From: a bacterium
GTDB lineage: Bacteria; UBA9089; CG2-30-40-21; SBAY01
DNA length: 36,178 nucleotides
Assembly: GCA_040757115.1 (NCBI GenBank)
Contig: JBFLYA010000009.1
Coordinates: 1-36,178 of the forward strand
Direction of reading: 5' to 3'
The translations under genes and the position numbers were made by a program. Each line of letters begins with the position of its first letter. Position 1 is the stretch's first letter. Below, in pieces: positions 1-8,086 of the stretch. The notes below the pieces were generated by a model. That model saw only the letters and a list, made by a program, of their open reading frames with translations, had not been told where the DNA came from and did no database searches.

Positions 1-144
1 CGGATTAGGGATTAAATCCCCCTTGCAATTGTAGATAGGAATCAGAAAAAAGAGATATCGCTATATCTTATTGAAAATCAAATGGTTATGCTAAATTTTT
101 GCCTTTAAATAGAGGGGAAGTTCCGTTGCAACAGATTAGGGGAG

Positions 145-198
145 AAGAAGTAGAGAGTAGAGAGAATCCCTCTTTTTACTTTCTACTCTCTACTTCTT
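145..198. repeat. Palindrome with 7-bp-period arms (AGTAGAG)n / (CTCTACT)n
   Basis: aagaagtagagagtagagag ... ttctactctctacttctt form inverted arms upstream of the acyl-CoA dehydrogenase RBS. Confidence 0.7.
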
Positions 199-216
199 TA
201 AAAAGGAGATGATTAA

Positions 217-1371
217 ATGGATTATTTTTTAACCGAAGAACAACAGATGATTAAAGATTTAGCCAGACAAATCGCCCAAGAAAAGATTAAACCCGTCGCG
301 GCTGAATTGGACGAAAAAGAAGAATTTCCACACGACTTAATGAAGGTTTTAGCCCAGTCGGATTTATTTGGGGTGTATATCCCGATGGACTATGGCGGAC
401 TTGGTGCGGGTTGTTTTGAATTATGTTTGATAGTTGAAGAATTAAGTAAGGTATGTGGTGGTGTTGCCACGACTTATGCCGCCTCTGCCCTGGGCACTTT
501 CCCAATCTTGTTATTTGGAACAGATGAGCAAAAGAAAAAATACCTACCTGATTTAGCCGCTGGCAAAAAGTTAGCCGCCTTTGGTTTAACTGAGGCTAAT
601 GCCGGTAGTGATGCCGCTAGCATACAAACTACTGCTACACTTGATGGAGATTTCTATATCCTTAACGGCACAAAACAATGGATTACTAATGGTGGTGAGG
701 CAGAAACCTATGTGGTTATTGCGATGACGGACAAAACCAAAGGTGCTCGAGGGGCATCAGCAATTATTGTCGAAAAAGGCACACCAGGATTTAGTTTTGG
801 TAAAAAAGAGAAAAAAATGGGCATCAGGTCTTCTGCTACTACTGAATTAATCTTTCAAGATTGTAAGGTGCCCAAAGAAAATTTGCTTGGTAAAGAGGGA
901 TTAGGATTTATTGTTGCTATGAGAACCCTTGACCGGTCAAGACCTGGCGTAGCCGCACAAGCAGTAGGAATTGCACAAGGGGCATTGGATTTAGCCGTCC
1001 GATATGCCAAAGAACGAGTTCAATTCGGTCAACCAATATCCTCATTTCAAGGAATACAATTTATGTTAGCCGATATGGCTACTCAAGTAGAAGCGGCAAG
1101 GGCATTGACTTATGCAGTAGCTAAAATGGTTGATGCTGGCGAAAAGAATATCACCAAAGCATCGGCGATGAGTAAACTATTTGCCTCAGATGTCGCGATG
1201 AAAGTTACCACCGATGTTGTCCAGATATTTGGTGGTTATGGCTATATGCGGGAATATCCAGTAGAGAAGATGATGCGAGATGCCAAAATTACTCAAATCT
1301 ACGAAGGCACTAATCAGATTCAACGACAGGTAATCGCACTGGAATTGATTAAAGAATCAGCAGGTAAATAA
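217..1371 (+). CDS. Acyl-CoA dehydrogenase (butyryl-CoA dehydrogenase-like)
   Basis: 384 aa; motifs AFGLTEANAGSDA, LNGTKQWITNG, KMGIRSS, RVQFGQPI, QIFGGYGY, QIYEGTNQIQR; RBS AGGAG upstream. Confidence 0.96.
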   Translation: MDYFLTEEQQMIKDLARQIAQEKIKPVAAELDEKEEFPHDLMKVLAQSDLFGVYIPMDYGGLGAGCFELCLIVEELSKVCGGVATTYAASALGTFPILLFGTDEQKKKYLPDLAAGKKLAAFGLTEANAGSDAASIQTTATLDGDFYILNGTKQWITNGGEAETYVVIAMTDKTKGARGASAIIVEKGTPGFSFGKKEKKMGIRSSATTELIFQDCKVPKENLLGKEGLGFIVAMRTLDRSRPGVAAQAVGIAQGALDLAVRYAKERVQFGQPISSFQGIQFMLADMATQVEAARALTYAVAKMVDAGEKNITKASAMSKLFASDVAMKVTTDVVQIFGGYGYMREYPVEKMMRDAKITQIYEGTNQIQRQVIALELIKESAGK

Positions 1372-1382
1372 GAGAAAGAAAA

Positions 1383-1775
1383 ATGGAATTTAATGTTGAG
1401 AAAACTGTCAATTATTGGAAACAAGGAGCAGAATACGATTTAGGTGTAGCTGAAGCTATGTAGCAAGCAGAAAAATACCCTTATGCCCTTTTTATGGGAC
1501 ATTTAGCACTGGAAAAGTTACTTAAAAGCCTCTTTGTTAGAGATAAAAAAGAACATGCACCGTGGATTCATTCTCTTCCGTTACTTGCTAATAAGTTAAC
1601 AATAAATATTCCTGAAGAAACCCTGGAGAGACTGGGTGAATTTATGGAGTTTCATTTTGAAGGACGATACCCTGACTATCAAATGGACTTTTACAAAAAA
1701 TGCACAGGGGAATTTACTAATCAGAAAATGAAAGAGATAAAAGAGGTCTACAAATGGTTGAGCAGTCAATTTTAG
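1383..1775 (+). pseudogene. HEPN-domain protein interrupted by in-frame TAG at codon 27 (1461-1463)
   Basis: ATG 1383 reads MEFNVEKTVNYWKQGAEYDLGVAEAM*QAEKYPYALF, in frame with ORF 1494-1775 (MGHLALEKLLK...HAPWIHSL...GRYPD), which are HEPN-like motifs; overlaps a downstream MNT gene. Confidence 0.85.
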
Positions 1776-2077
1776 AATCAATAAAGAGATTCACTAATGC
1801 TCTTGCAAAGGAAAACATCAGAACTAACAAGGTCTTTCTTTATGGTTCCTATGCAACAGGCAAACATACAGAATATAGTGATATAGATATCGCTGTGGTG
1901 TCAGAGGATTTTGGCAAGGATAGAATTGAAGAAAAGATGTTTCTGTTTCGTCTTGCCAGTCGGATAGACCCACGATTAGAAGCTGTTCCCTTAACCCCAA
2001 CTGCACTTCAAGAAGATACCTGGGTACCATTGATTTATGAAATTAGGACCAAAGGAATCGAATTGCAGGTAGCATGA
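1754..2077 (+). CDS. Minimal nucleotidyltransferase (MNT), partner of HEPN
   Basis: LYGSYATGKHTEYSDIDIAVV fits the GS-x10-DxD Pol-beta NTase motif; 107 aa. Confidence 0.9.
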   Translation: MVEQSILESIKRFTNALAKENIRTNKVFLYGSYATGKHTEYSDIDIAVVSEDFGKDRIEEKMFLFRLASRIDPRLEAVPLTPTALQEDTWVPLIYEIRTKGIELQVA

Positions 2078-2197
2078 TGGATGGCTGGAAGAAAAGTTGA
2101 GAAGTGAAAATCCATAGAATTGTAAAACTATTGAATCGACGGGATATAAGTAAAGTAGATAAAGAACTACGCCGACAGATTGCCATAAAGATAAATG

Positions 2198-2481
2198 GTA
2201 ACCGTTCAGGTGGTAATTTACCGCAGAGACGCAGAGGAACAGAGAAGAAATCAGATAACAGAAAAGATTATTGGTGTAGCCATTGAAATACATAGGACCT
2301 GCTTGCCGAATGTTCAACCGGCAAGCCAGATTTGTTAATCCATCCCTGATTTTCATCAGGGCAAGTTTAATGTTGTTGGACTCAAGAGCTTGCACTGATG
2401 AAAATCAGGGATGTTAAGCCTATCGTAAATAAATTTTAATTTTCTTCTCTGCGTCTCTGTGTCTCTGCGGTGAACGGTTAC
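2198..2481. mobile_element. MITE-like element with GTAACCGTTCA/TGAACGGTTAC TIRs and 8-bp TSD (GATAAATG), carrying GxxExxY fragments
   Basis: Perfect 11-bp TIRs at 2198-2208 and 2471-2481; GATAAATG at 2190-2197 and 2482-2489; internal NQITEKIIGVAIEIHRT fragment; nested 25-bp inverted repeat at 2341-2413. Confidence 0.9.
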
Positions 2482-2549
2482 GATAAATGAAAATAGTAAG
2501 TAGATAGATATGAAGGGATTAACCGTATAAATATAAGGAGGGAAACAAA

Positions 2550-2981
2550 ATGAAAAACCTGAAGGTAAAAGATGCTATGACGCGGGGGATTTTTACTATC
2601 CCACAAGATGCCTCGGTGACACAGGCGTTGGAAATGTTAGCCGACAACGATGTCAGTGGTTTGGCGATTACTTCTGTTGATGGAGAATTAGTTGGTGTTC
2701 TGTCTGAAACGGATATGGCAAAGGTAGTTAGTAAAGGAATTGCCAGTGATGAAGATTTGGATAAAATCAAGGTTAGTGAAATAATGACTGCCCCGGCTAT
2801 AACCGTTGGTCGAGATGATAGCTTAAGAGATGCCTGTAGCCTGATGTGTGAAAAAAATATTCACCGACTAATCATCCAACAAGAAGTAAAAAGGGGTGGA
2901 GAAAGTAAATATTTCCCAAGTGGAATACTTTCGATGTCTGATGTAGTCAAGGCAATGGCAGGTAGGTGGACTCGTGGATAA
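2550..2981 (+). CDS. CBS-domain pair protein
   Basis: LKVKDAMTR...GELVGVLSETD...KVSEIMT...GILSMSDV, two CBS repeats; RBS AAGGAGG. Confidence 0.92.
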   Translation: MKNLKVKDAMTRGIFTIPQDASVTQALEMLADNDVSGLAITSVDGELVGVLSETDMAKVVSKGIASDEDLDKIKVSEIMTAPAITVGRDDSLRDACSLMCEKNIHRLIIQQEVKRGGESKYFPSGILSMSDVVKAMAGRWTRG

Positions 2982-3429
2982 ACTGAATGAAATACTAAAA
3001 AAATACAAAGATACCGACGGGGCATTAATCCCTGTTTTGCAGGAAGCACAGGATACATTTGGCTATTTGTCAAAGGATGTCTTAATTCAAATTGGTAAGG
3101 AGTTAAAATTTCCGCTGAGTAAGGTTTATGGCGTGGTTACCTTTTATGCCCAGTTTTATTTAAAACCACACGGAAAATATACCATTCGAGCCTGTCGAGG
3201 AACTGCCTGCCATGTCCAGGGTGCAAAGAAGATTATTTCAACAATTGAACATATCACGGGTTTAAAAGAAGGAGAGACATCTGCTGACCTTAAGTTCACC
3301 TTTGAAACAGTTGCCTGTCTGGGTGCCTGCGCCCTATCACCGGTAATGATGGTCAATAAAGACTATTTTGGCAAAATGAATCCCAAAAAAGCAATTACTA
3401 TCCTTCAACAATATAATGATAGCAGGTAA
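2974..3429 (+). CDS. nuoE: NuoE/HydC-like [2Fe-2S] subunit
   Basis: LIPVLQEAQ, GVVTFYAQF, CRGTACH, CLGAC; GTG start overlapping the CBS gene. Confidence 0.93.
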   Translation: MDKLNEILKKYKDTDGALIPVLQEAQDTFGYLSKDVLIQIGKELKFPLSKVYGVVTFYAQFYLKPHGKYTIRACRGTACHVQGAKKIISTIEHITGLKEGETSADLKFTFETVACLGACALSPVMMVNKDYFGKMNPKKAITILQQYNDSR

Positions 3430-3437
3430 ATATTTTT

Positions 3438-3778
3438 ATGAAAATTGTCAGGAATAAGATTTCTATAGCTGAACTAAATAATATGGCTCAGGAGATGTTT
3501 GGTAATTTGTAACTATTCACCGCAGAGACGCAGAGGAACAGAGAAAAAAGGATTTAAATTAGATTGTGGATACCGGATAGATCTTTTAGTTGAAGAAAAA
3601 GTTAAAAAGCAGTCGAGCAACTACTTCCGATTCACGAAGCTCAACTTTTAACCTATCTAAAAATGATGATAAGAGATGGAATTAAGCGTATAGCCAATAG
3701 ATTTTAATTTTTTCTCTGTGTCTCCGCGTCTCTGCGGTGAATAGTTACAAAATCATTAATAACCTGGTGGAAAGATGA
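3438..3778 (+). pseudogene. DUF5674-like gene whose middle is replaced by a TIR element
   Basis: 5' part MKIVRNKISIAELNNMAQEMFGNL stops at a TAA inside the TIR (3510-3512). After the element, KIINNLVER* (3749-3778) ends in an ATGA overlap with the next gene. Family recognised from memory. Confidence 0.6.
3509..3748. mobile_element. TIR element (GTAACTATTCACCGCAGAG...CTCTGCGGTGAATAGTTAC) with internally deleted GxxExxY remnant
   Basis: Long terminal inverted repeats; + strand fragments GFKLDCGYRIDLLVEEKV, KAVEQLLPIHEAQLLTYLKMM and RDGIKRIANRF*; no TSD. Confidence 0.88.
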
Positions 3779-4146
3779 AGTATCAACATAAACAATTAGC
3801 ACAAGGACGCTGGTTTGAATTGACCTTCTTCGAACAGATGGGTAATATTGGAACTGATGTTGGACGAGCAATTACCTGGAGAGATAAAAATATTGAATAT
3901 AGCCAGAAGGCAATTGACCGTGCATTAGAACTTTTAGAATTGACTATCGCTGATGTTAAGAATAGAAAAAGGTTAAAAGAGTTATTGAGGTTATATGAAG
4001 CATTGGTAGATTACTTCTATTTTGACAATCAGTTCTCTTCATCTGATAAATTGTGGCAAAACTATTTTTTTGCTTTTAGCTATGCCGCAATAAAAATGAA
4101 GGTAACCGTTCACCGCAGAGACACAGAGACGCAGAGAAAAAATTAA
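3775..4146 (+). CDS. Conserved hypothetical alpha-helical protein; C-terminus runs into a TIR element
   Basis: MKYQHKQLAQGRWFELTFFEQMGNIG...; the final residues VTVHRRDTETQRKN are read from the element starting at 4102. Confidence 0.7.
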   Translation: MKYQHKQLAQGRWFELTFFEQMGNIGTDVGRAITWRDKNIEYSQKAIDRALELLELTIADVKNRKRLKELLRLYEALVDYFYFDNQFSSSDKLWQNYFFAFSYAAIKMKVTVHRRDTETQRKN

Positions 4147-4360
4147 AAACTATTTACCAGACGCTTCATTCCATCCCTGATTTTCATCAGGGCAAGATCC
4201 TGATTTTCATCAGAGCAAGCTTTTGAGGACCGACATATCATGATTGATTAACAAATTTGGTTTTGTCTTATATATTACCTAATCTTTTCTGTTATCTGAT
4301 TTATTTCCATATCTTCTCTGTTCCTCTGCGTCTCTGCGGTGAAAACTATTTTCAGGAGAA
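4102..4360 (-). mobile_element. TIR-family element with minus-strand GxxExxY remnant, ending in an ATTTTCAGGAGAA junction
   Basis: GTAACCGTTCACCGCAGAG at 4102; minus strand MEINQITEKI (ATG at 4310) and RDGMKRLVNSF*; right arm ctctgcgtctctgcggtgaa followed by attttcaggagaa (4348-4360). Confidence 0.8.
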
Positions 4361-4364
4361 TAAT

Positions 4365-7300
4365 ATGACCAAATTAAAATCAGTTTCGGAATTAAACGCA
4401 TATCGAGAATCTATCATTAAAACTAAAGACCCTAACAAAATTTGTATTACTATTTGTGGTGGCACAGGATGTCTTGCCTTTGGGGCAGAAGGGGTTATTA
4501 GTGCCTTTCAAGAAGAAATTAAGAAACAAGGATTGAATAATGTAGATGTCATAAGAACTGGTTGTCCTGGCTTTTGTGAAAGAGGGCCGATTGTTGTTAT
4601 CCTGCCACAACGGATTTCATATCAAAAGGTTGCCATTGAAGATGTATCTGAAATAGTCTCTTCTACGATTATAAAAGGTGAGATTATCGAGCGACTGTTG
4701 TATGAAGACCCGTTAACAGGACATAAGATTATTTATGAACAAGAAATTCCTTTTTATAAAAAGCAGAAAAGGATACTTTTAAGTAATAGTGGCTTAATTG
4801 ATCCCACTCAGATAAATCATTATATTGAACGAAGTGGTTATTCTGCCTTAAGTAAAATTCTTACTTCTATGGCACCTGATAAGGTTATTGAGGAAGTTAA
4901 GAAGTCAGGTTTGCGTGGTAGAGGTGGGGGAGGTTTCCCTACTGGATTGAAATGGAGTTTCTGCCGAAAAGCAGAAGGTGAACCGAAGTATCTCATCTGT
5001 AATGCGGATGAGGGTGACCCTGGTGCTTTTATGGATCGAGCACTCCTTGAAGGCAATCCACATCTTGTCTTAGAAGGAATGCTTATCGCTGCCTATGCCA
5101 TTGGCTCAACAGAAGGATATGTTTATGTCCGGGCAGAATATCCTTTAGCCAGTAAGAATATCCGCCTTGCCTGCGACCAGGCAAAAGAATTAGGATTATT
5201 AGGTGATAATATTTTAGGCACAGATTTTAGCTTTCATCTGAAGATTAAAGAAGGGGCTGGGGCTTTTGTTTGTGGTGAAGAAACGGCTTTAATGGCTTCG
5301 ATTGAAGGCAAACGCGGTATGCCAAAACCAAGACCGCCATTCCCGGCTCAATCTGGACTTTGGGGCAAGCCAAGTAATATTAACAATGTCGAGACATTTG
5401 CCAATATCCCACATATCATTTTAAACGGGGGTGAAAATTATGCCCAAATCGGCACTGAGAAATCTAAAGGCACAAAGATATTTGCCTTAGCCGGCAAGAT
5501 AAATAACACCGGCCTGGTAGAAGTGCCAATGGGAACTATCTTACGAGAAGTGATTTTTGATATTGGCGGCGGTATCCCCAGAGGCAGGAAATTTAAGGCA
5601 GTGCAACTGGGTGGTCCTTCTGGTGGCTGTCTAACCTCTAAAGAATTGGATTTACCCATTGACTACGATACATTAGTTGCCGCTGGGGCAATGATGGGTT
5701 CTGGCGGTATGATTGTTATGGATGAAACTAATTGTATGGTAGAGATTGCTCGATTCTTCTTAGAATTTGTGCAAAGTGAATCTTGTGGTAAATGCACACC
5801 TTGTCGCATTGGCACTAAAAGAATGCTGGAGATAGTTACTCGAATTACCAGGGGAGAAGGTAGAGAAGAAGATATAGATACCTTGATAAAAATGGCTAAA
5901 ATCATAAAGGACTCTTCCCTTTGTGGCTTGGGACAAACCGCTCCCAATCCAGTGCTTTCTACGATTGAACATTTCCGGGATGAATATGAAATACATATCA
6001 AAGAAAAGCGATGTCCTGCCCATGTTTGTGAAGGACTTTATACCGCTCCTTGCACAGATACCTGTCCTGCCGGCATCAAGGTGCATAGTTATGTCGCTTT
6101 AATCGCCCAGGAAAGATTTGAAGAGGCATTGGAACTGATTAAAGAAAGTAATCCTTTCCCTTCGATTTGTGGTCGGGTGTGTCATCACCCCTGTGAAACT
6201 AAATGCAGACGAATAGAGATTGATGAAGCATTAGCCCTTAGAGCCCTAAAACGATTTGTTGCTGACCACGAAATAGAATTGGAAAAGGGAAGACATAGAC
6301 CAAAATTAGAATTTCATCGAACAGAAAGAGTGGCGATTATCGGAGCAGGACCAGCAGGATTAACCTGTGCCTATTATCTGGCAAGACGCGGTTATCAGAT
6401 AACCATATTTGAGGCATTAGAAACACCTGGTGGTATGCTGGCGGTTGGTATTCCCGATTACCGATTACCAAAGAGAATTCTAAAGATAGAAATAGCTGAT
6501 GTTACTGCATTAGGTGTAGAAATAAAGACAGAAACAAGAATTGGTAAGGATCTGGAGTTTTCTGACCTGCTAAGGGATTACAACGCTATTTTTATAGGTG
6601 TAGGAGCACATATCAGTAAAAAAATGGGAATTGAAGGAGAAGAGACAAATAAGGTCATACCTGCTCTGCAATTCTTACGGGATGTTAATCTTGGTAATCC
6701 AGTTGAATTAGGTGAAAAAATAGCCGTCATCGGTGGTGGTAATGCGGCTATTGATGCGGCAAGGGTTGCCATTAGACTTGGAGTCAGGGATGTAACTGTT
6801 CTTTACCGTCGCTCAAGAGAAGAGATGCCTGCTATCCCACAGGAAATTGAAGATGCGCAAGAGGAAGGGATTAAAATAGAGATTTTGACTGCCCCAAAAC
6901 GCATTATCTCTGAAAATGGTAAGGTCAAAGGTATTGAATGTTTCAGAATGAAATTAAGCGACTTTTTTGATAAAAGTGGTCGAAGGATTCCTGAACCAAT
7001 CAAAGACTCAGAATTTGTTGTGGATGTCGATATGGTTATTTCAGCCATCGGGCAGGATGTTAATGTTGATTTTCTACAGGATAGGGTAGAATTGAGTAAA
7101 TGGCAAACGATAAAGGTGGATAAAGAAACGCAAGCCACCAGTTTGGCAGGTGTTTTTGCTGGAGGTGATGCGGCTACTGGAGCGAATACGGTTATTGAGG
7201 CTATTGCGGCCGGCAATAGAGCCGCCATAGCCATTGATAAATACCTCAATAATGGTAAGGAAAGTAAAGAAGTCATCAGACATCCCATAGAGGAAGATGA

Positions 7301-7448
7301 AGAGGCGATGTTGAGAAGAAGACACCTGATGCCTGTATTAGAAAAGGAAAAAAGAATAAGGGGATTTGAAGAAGTAGAGTTAGGATTTACTCGCGAGATG
7401 GCAGTCAATGAGGCAAAAAGATGTCTAAAATGCCACGAAAAGGAGTAG
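4365..7448 (+). CDS. nuoF: NuoF/HydB-like FMN/NAD(H) subunit fused to a GltD/NfnB-like FAD/NADP(H) oxidoreductase
   Basis: N-terminal thioredoxin-like 2Fe-2S (CGGTGC, TGCPGFC); SGLRGRGGGGFPTG, CNADEGDPGAFMDR, GAGAFVCGEETAL, ESCGKCTPCRIG; then PCTDTCPAG, ICGRVCHHPCE, IGAGPAG, GGGNAAID, YRRS, EAKRCLKC. Start moved to ATG 4365 (RBS AGGAGA). Confidence 0.92.
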   Translation: MTKLKSVSELNAYRESIIKTKDPNKICITICGGTGCLAFGAEGVISAFQEEIKKQGLNNVDVIRTGCPGFCERGPIVVILPQRISYQKVAIEDVSEIVSSTIIKGEIIERLLYEDPLTGHKIIYEQEIPFYKKQKRILLSNSGLIDPTQINHYIERSGYSALSKILTSMAPDKVIEEVKKSGLRGRGGGGFPTGLKWSFCRKAEGEPKYLICNADEGDPGAFMDRALLEGNPHLVLEGMLIAAYAIGSTEGYVYVRAEYPLASKNIRLACDQAKELGLLGDNILGTDFSFHLKIKEGAGAFVCGEETALMASIEGKRGMPKPRPPFPAQSGLWGKPSNINNVETFANIPHIILNGGENYAQIGTEKSKGTKIFALAGKINNTGLVEVPMGTILREVIFDIGGGIPRGRKFKAVQLGGPSGGCLTSKELDLPIDYDTLVAAGAMMGSGGMIVMDETNCMVEIARFFLEFVQSESCGKCTPCRIGTKRMLEIVTRITRGEGREEDIDTLIKMAKIIKDSSLCGLGQTAPNPVLSTIEHFRDEYEIHIKEKRCPAHVCEGLYTAPCTDTCPAGIKVHSYVALIAQERFEEALELIKESNPFPSICGRVCHHPCETKCRRIEIDEALALRALKRFVADHEIELEKGRHRPKLEFHRTERVAIIGAGPAGLTCAYYLARRGYQITIFEALETPGGMLAVGIPDYRLPKRILKIEIADVTALGVEIKTETRIGKDLEFSDLLRDYNAIFIGVGAHISKKMGIEGEETNKVIPALQFLRDVNLGNPVELGEKIAVIGGGNAAIDAARVAIRLGVRDVTVLYRRSREEMPAIPQEIEDAQEEGIKIEILTAPKRIISENGKVKGIECFRMKLSDFFDKSGRRIPEPIKDSEFVVDVDMVISAIGQDVNVDFLQDRVELSKWQTIKVDKETQATSLAGVFAGGDAATGANTVIEAIAAGNRAAIAIDKYLNNGKESKEVIRHPIEEDEEAMLRRRHLMPVLEKEKRIRGFEEVELGFTREMAVNEAKRCLKCHEKE

Positions 7449-7950
7449 TTATTTAGCCACTGATTAACACGGATTAGTACGGATAAATACAGATGTCAGA
7501 AGATAGAAGGCAGAGGGCAGAAGGCAGAGGAGAAAGGGGGAAACAGAGAAAGGGAGAAATCTGTGTCCTCTGCGGTAAAATCTTGTGGACATTTTCAGGA
7601 GAAGTTTCACGCCAAGCACGCAAAGGAAAATAAGGGGAAAAATTACCTTTGCGTGAAAAAACTATTTTCAGGAGAAACGCTCATGTCCACAGGGAGTAGG
7701 CACAAACGAAGATGAAAATGGGTTTGATGGTTCAGGTGAAATCAGGCTGAAGCCTGCGGCTACCAGCTTTCCCGAACCCCGAGTCCCGAGTCCCGATTTT
7801 CAGGGGAAAGGAAGTTTCACGCAAAGAACGCAAAGAACGCAAAGGGAAATAAGGGAAAAAATTACCTTTGCGTCCTTTGCGTGAAAAAACTATTTTCAGG
7901 TCACGAATTTTCAGTATTTCATCCGTGTCCATCTGTGGCTAAATAGTTAC
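7445..7950. mobile_element. Composite TIR element containing a tandem array of hairpin modules ending in ATTTTCAGG(A/G)GAA
   Basis: Ends GTAGTTATTTAGCC (7445) and GGCTAAATAGTTAC (7950); junctions at 7591, 7664, 7796 and 7892; homologous to 27776-28131. Confidence 0.85.
7677..7801 (+). mobile_element. Asymmetric ACGCTCAT...GATGAAAAT...ATTTTC element flanked by AGGAGAA/AGGGGAA
   Basis: aggagaa|acgctcatg...cacaaacgaagatgaaaat...attttc|aggggaa; same ends as 21382-21735 and 29893-30010. Confidence 0.75.
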
Positions 7951-8012
7951 ATTTTCTATAGATAAATAGTTACGAAAATTTACTCTTCAAAACTGACCCT
8001 CAAAAAAATGTC

Positions 8013-8041
8013 TTGACAAAATTATAGAAAAATGATATAAA
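8013..8041 (+). promoter_or_regulatory. Sigma70-type promoter upstream of the envelope cluster
   Basis: TTGACA-17 bp-TATAAA with TG extension. Confidence 0.65.
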
Positions 8042-8086
8042 TGATATACTTTATCAATTCTGAATTCTGTTAAGATAGACTATAAG

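Noticed and set aside
1-135. Possible IS end at the window start
   Set aside because: TTGCAA-containing motifs are suggestive, but no partner end or transposase is visible.
1461-1463. Pyrrolysine or genome-wide TAG recoding
   Set aside because: TAG terminates genes at 7448, 9468 and 11131; no pyl genes seen; a single instance.
2104-2286. 60-aa ORF as a real gene
   Set aside because: Its second half is MITE sequence; the reconstructed pre-insertion ORF is only about 35 aa with no recognisable motif.
4257-4364. ORF-track N-terminal extensions (also 8482-8574, 21648-21746, 26072-26140, 34532-34627)
   Set aside because: They read through repeat or promoter DNA from weak starts; downstream ATGs match RBS motifs and/or family N-termini.
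6803-7408. Antisense 201-aa ORF and other shadow ORFs inside long genes
   Set aside because: They lie opposite or out of frame within well-supported genes and show no family motifs.
7591-7900. CRISPR array interpretation of the recurring ATTTTCAGG motif
   Set aside because: The repeat is only 9-13 bp, spacing is irregular (73-132 bp), intervening units are themselves repeats, and no cas genes are present.
7732-7932. Short ORFs within palindromic elements (also 27805-28008, 27956-28147, 21328-21561, 29725-29976, 35937-36158)
   Set aside because: They are translations of repeat arms (e.g. LRSLRSLR, ICEICVIC) with no independent coding evidence.
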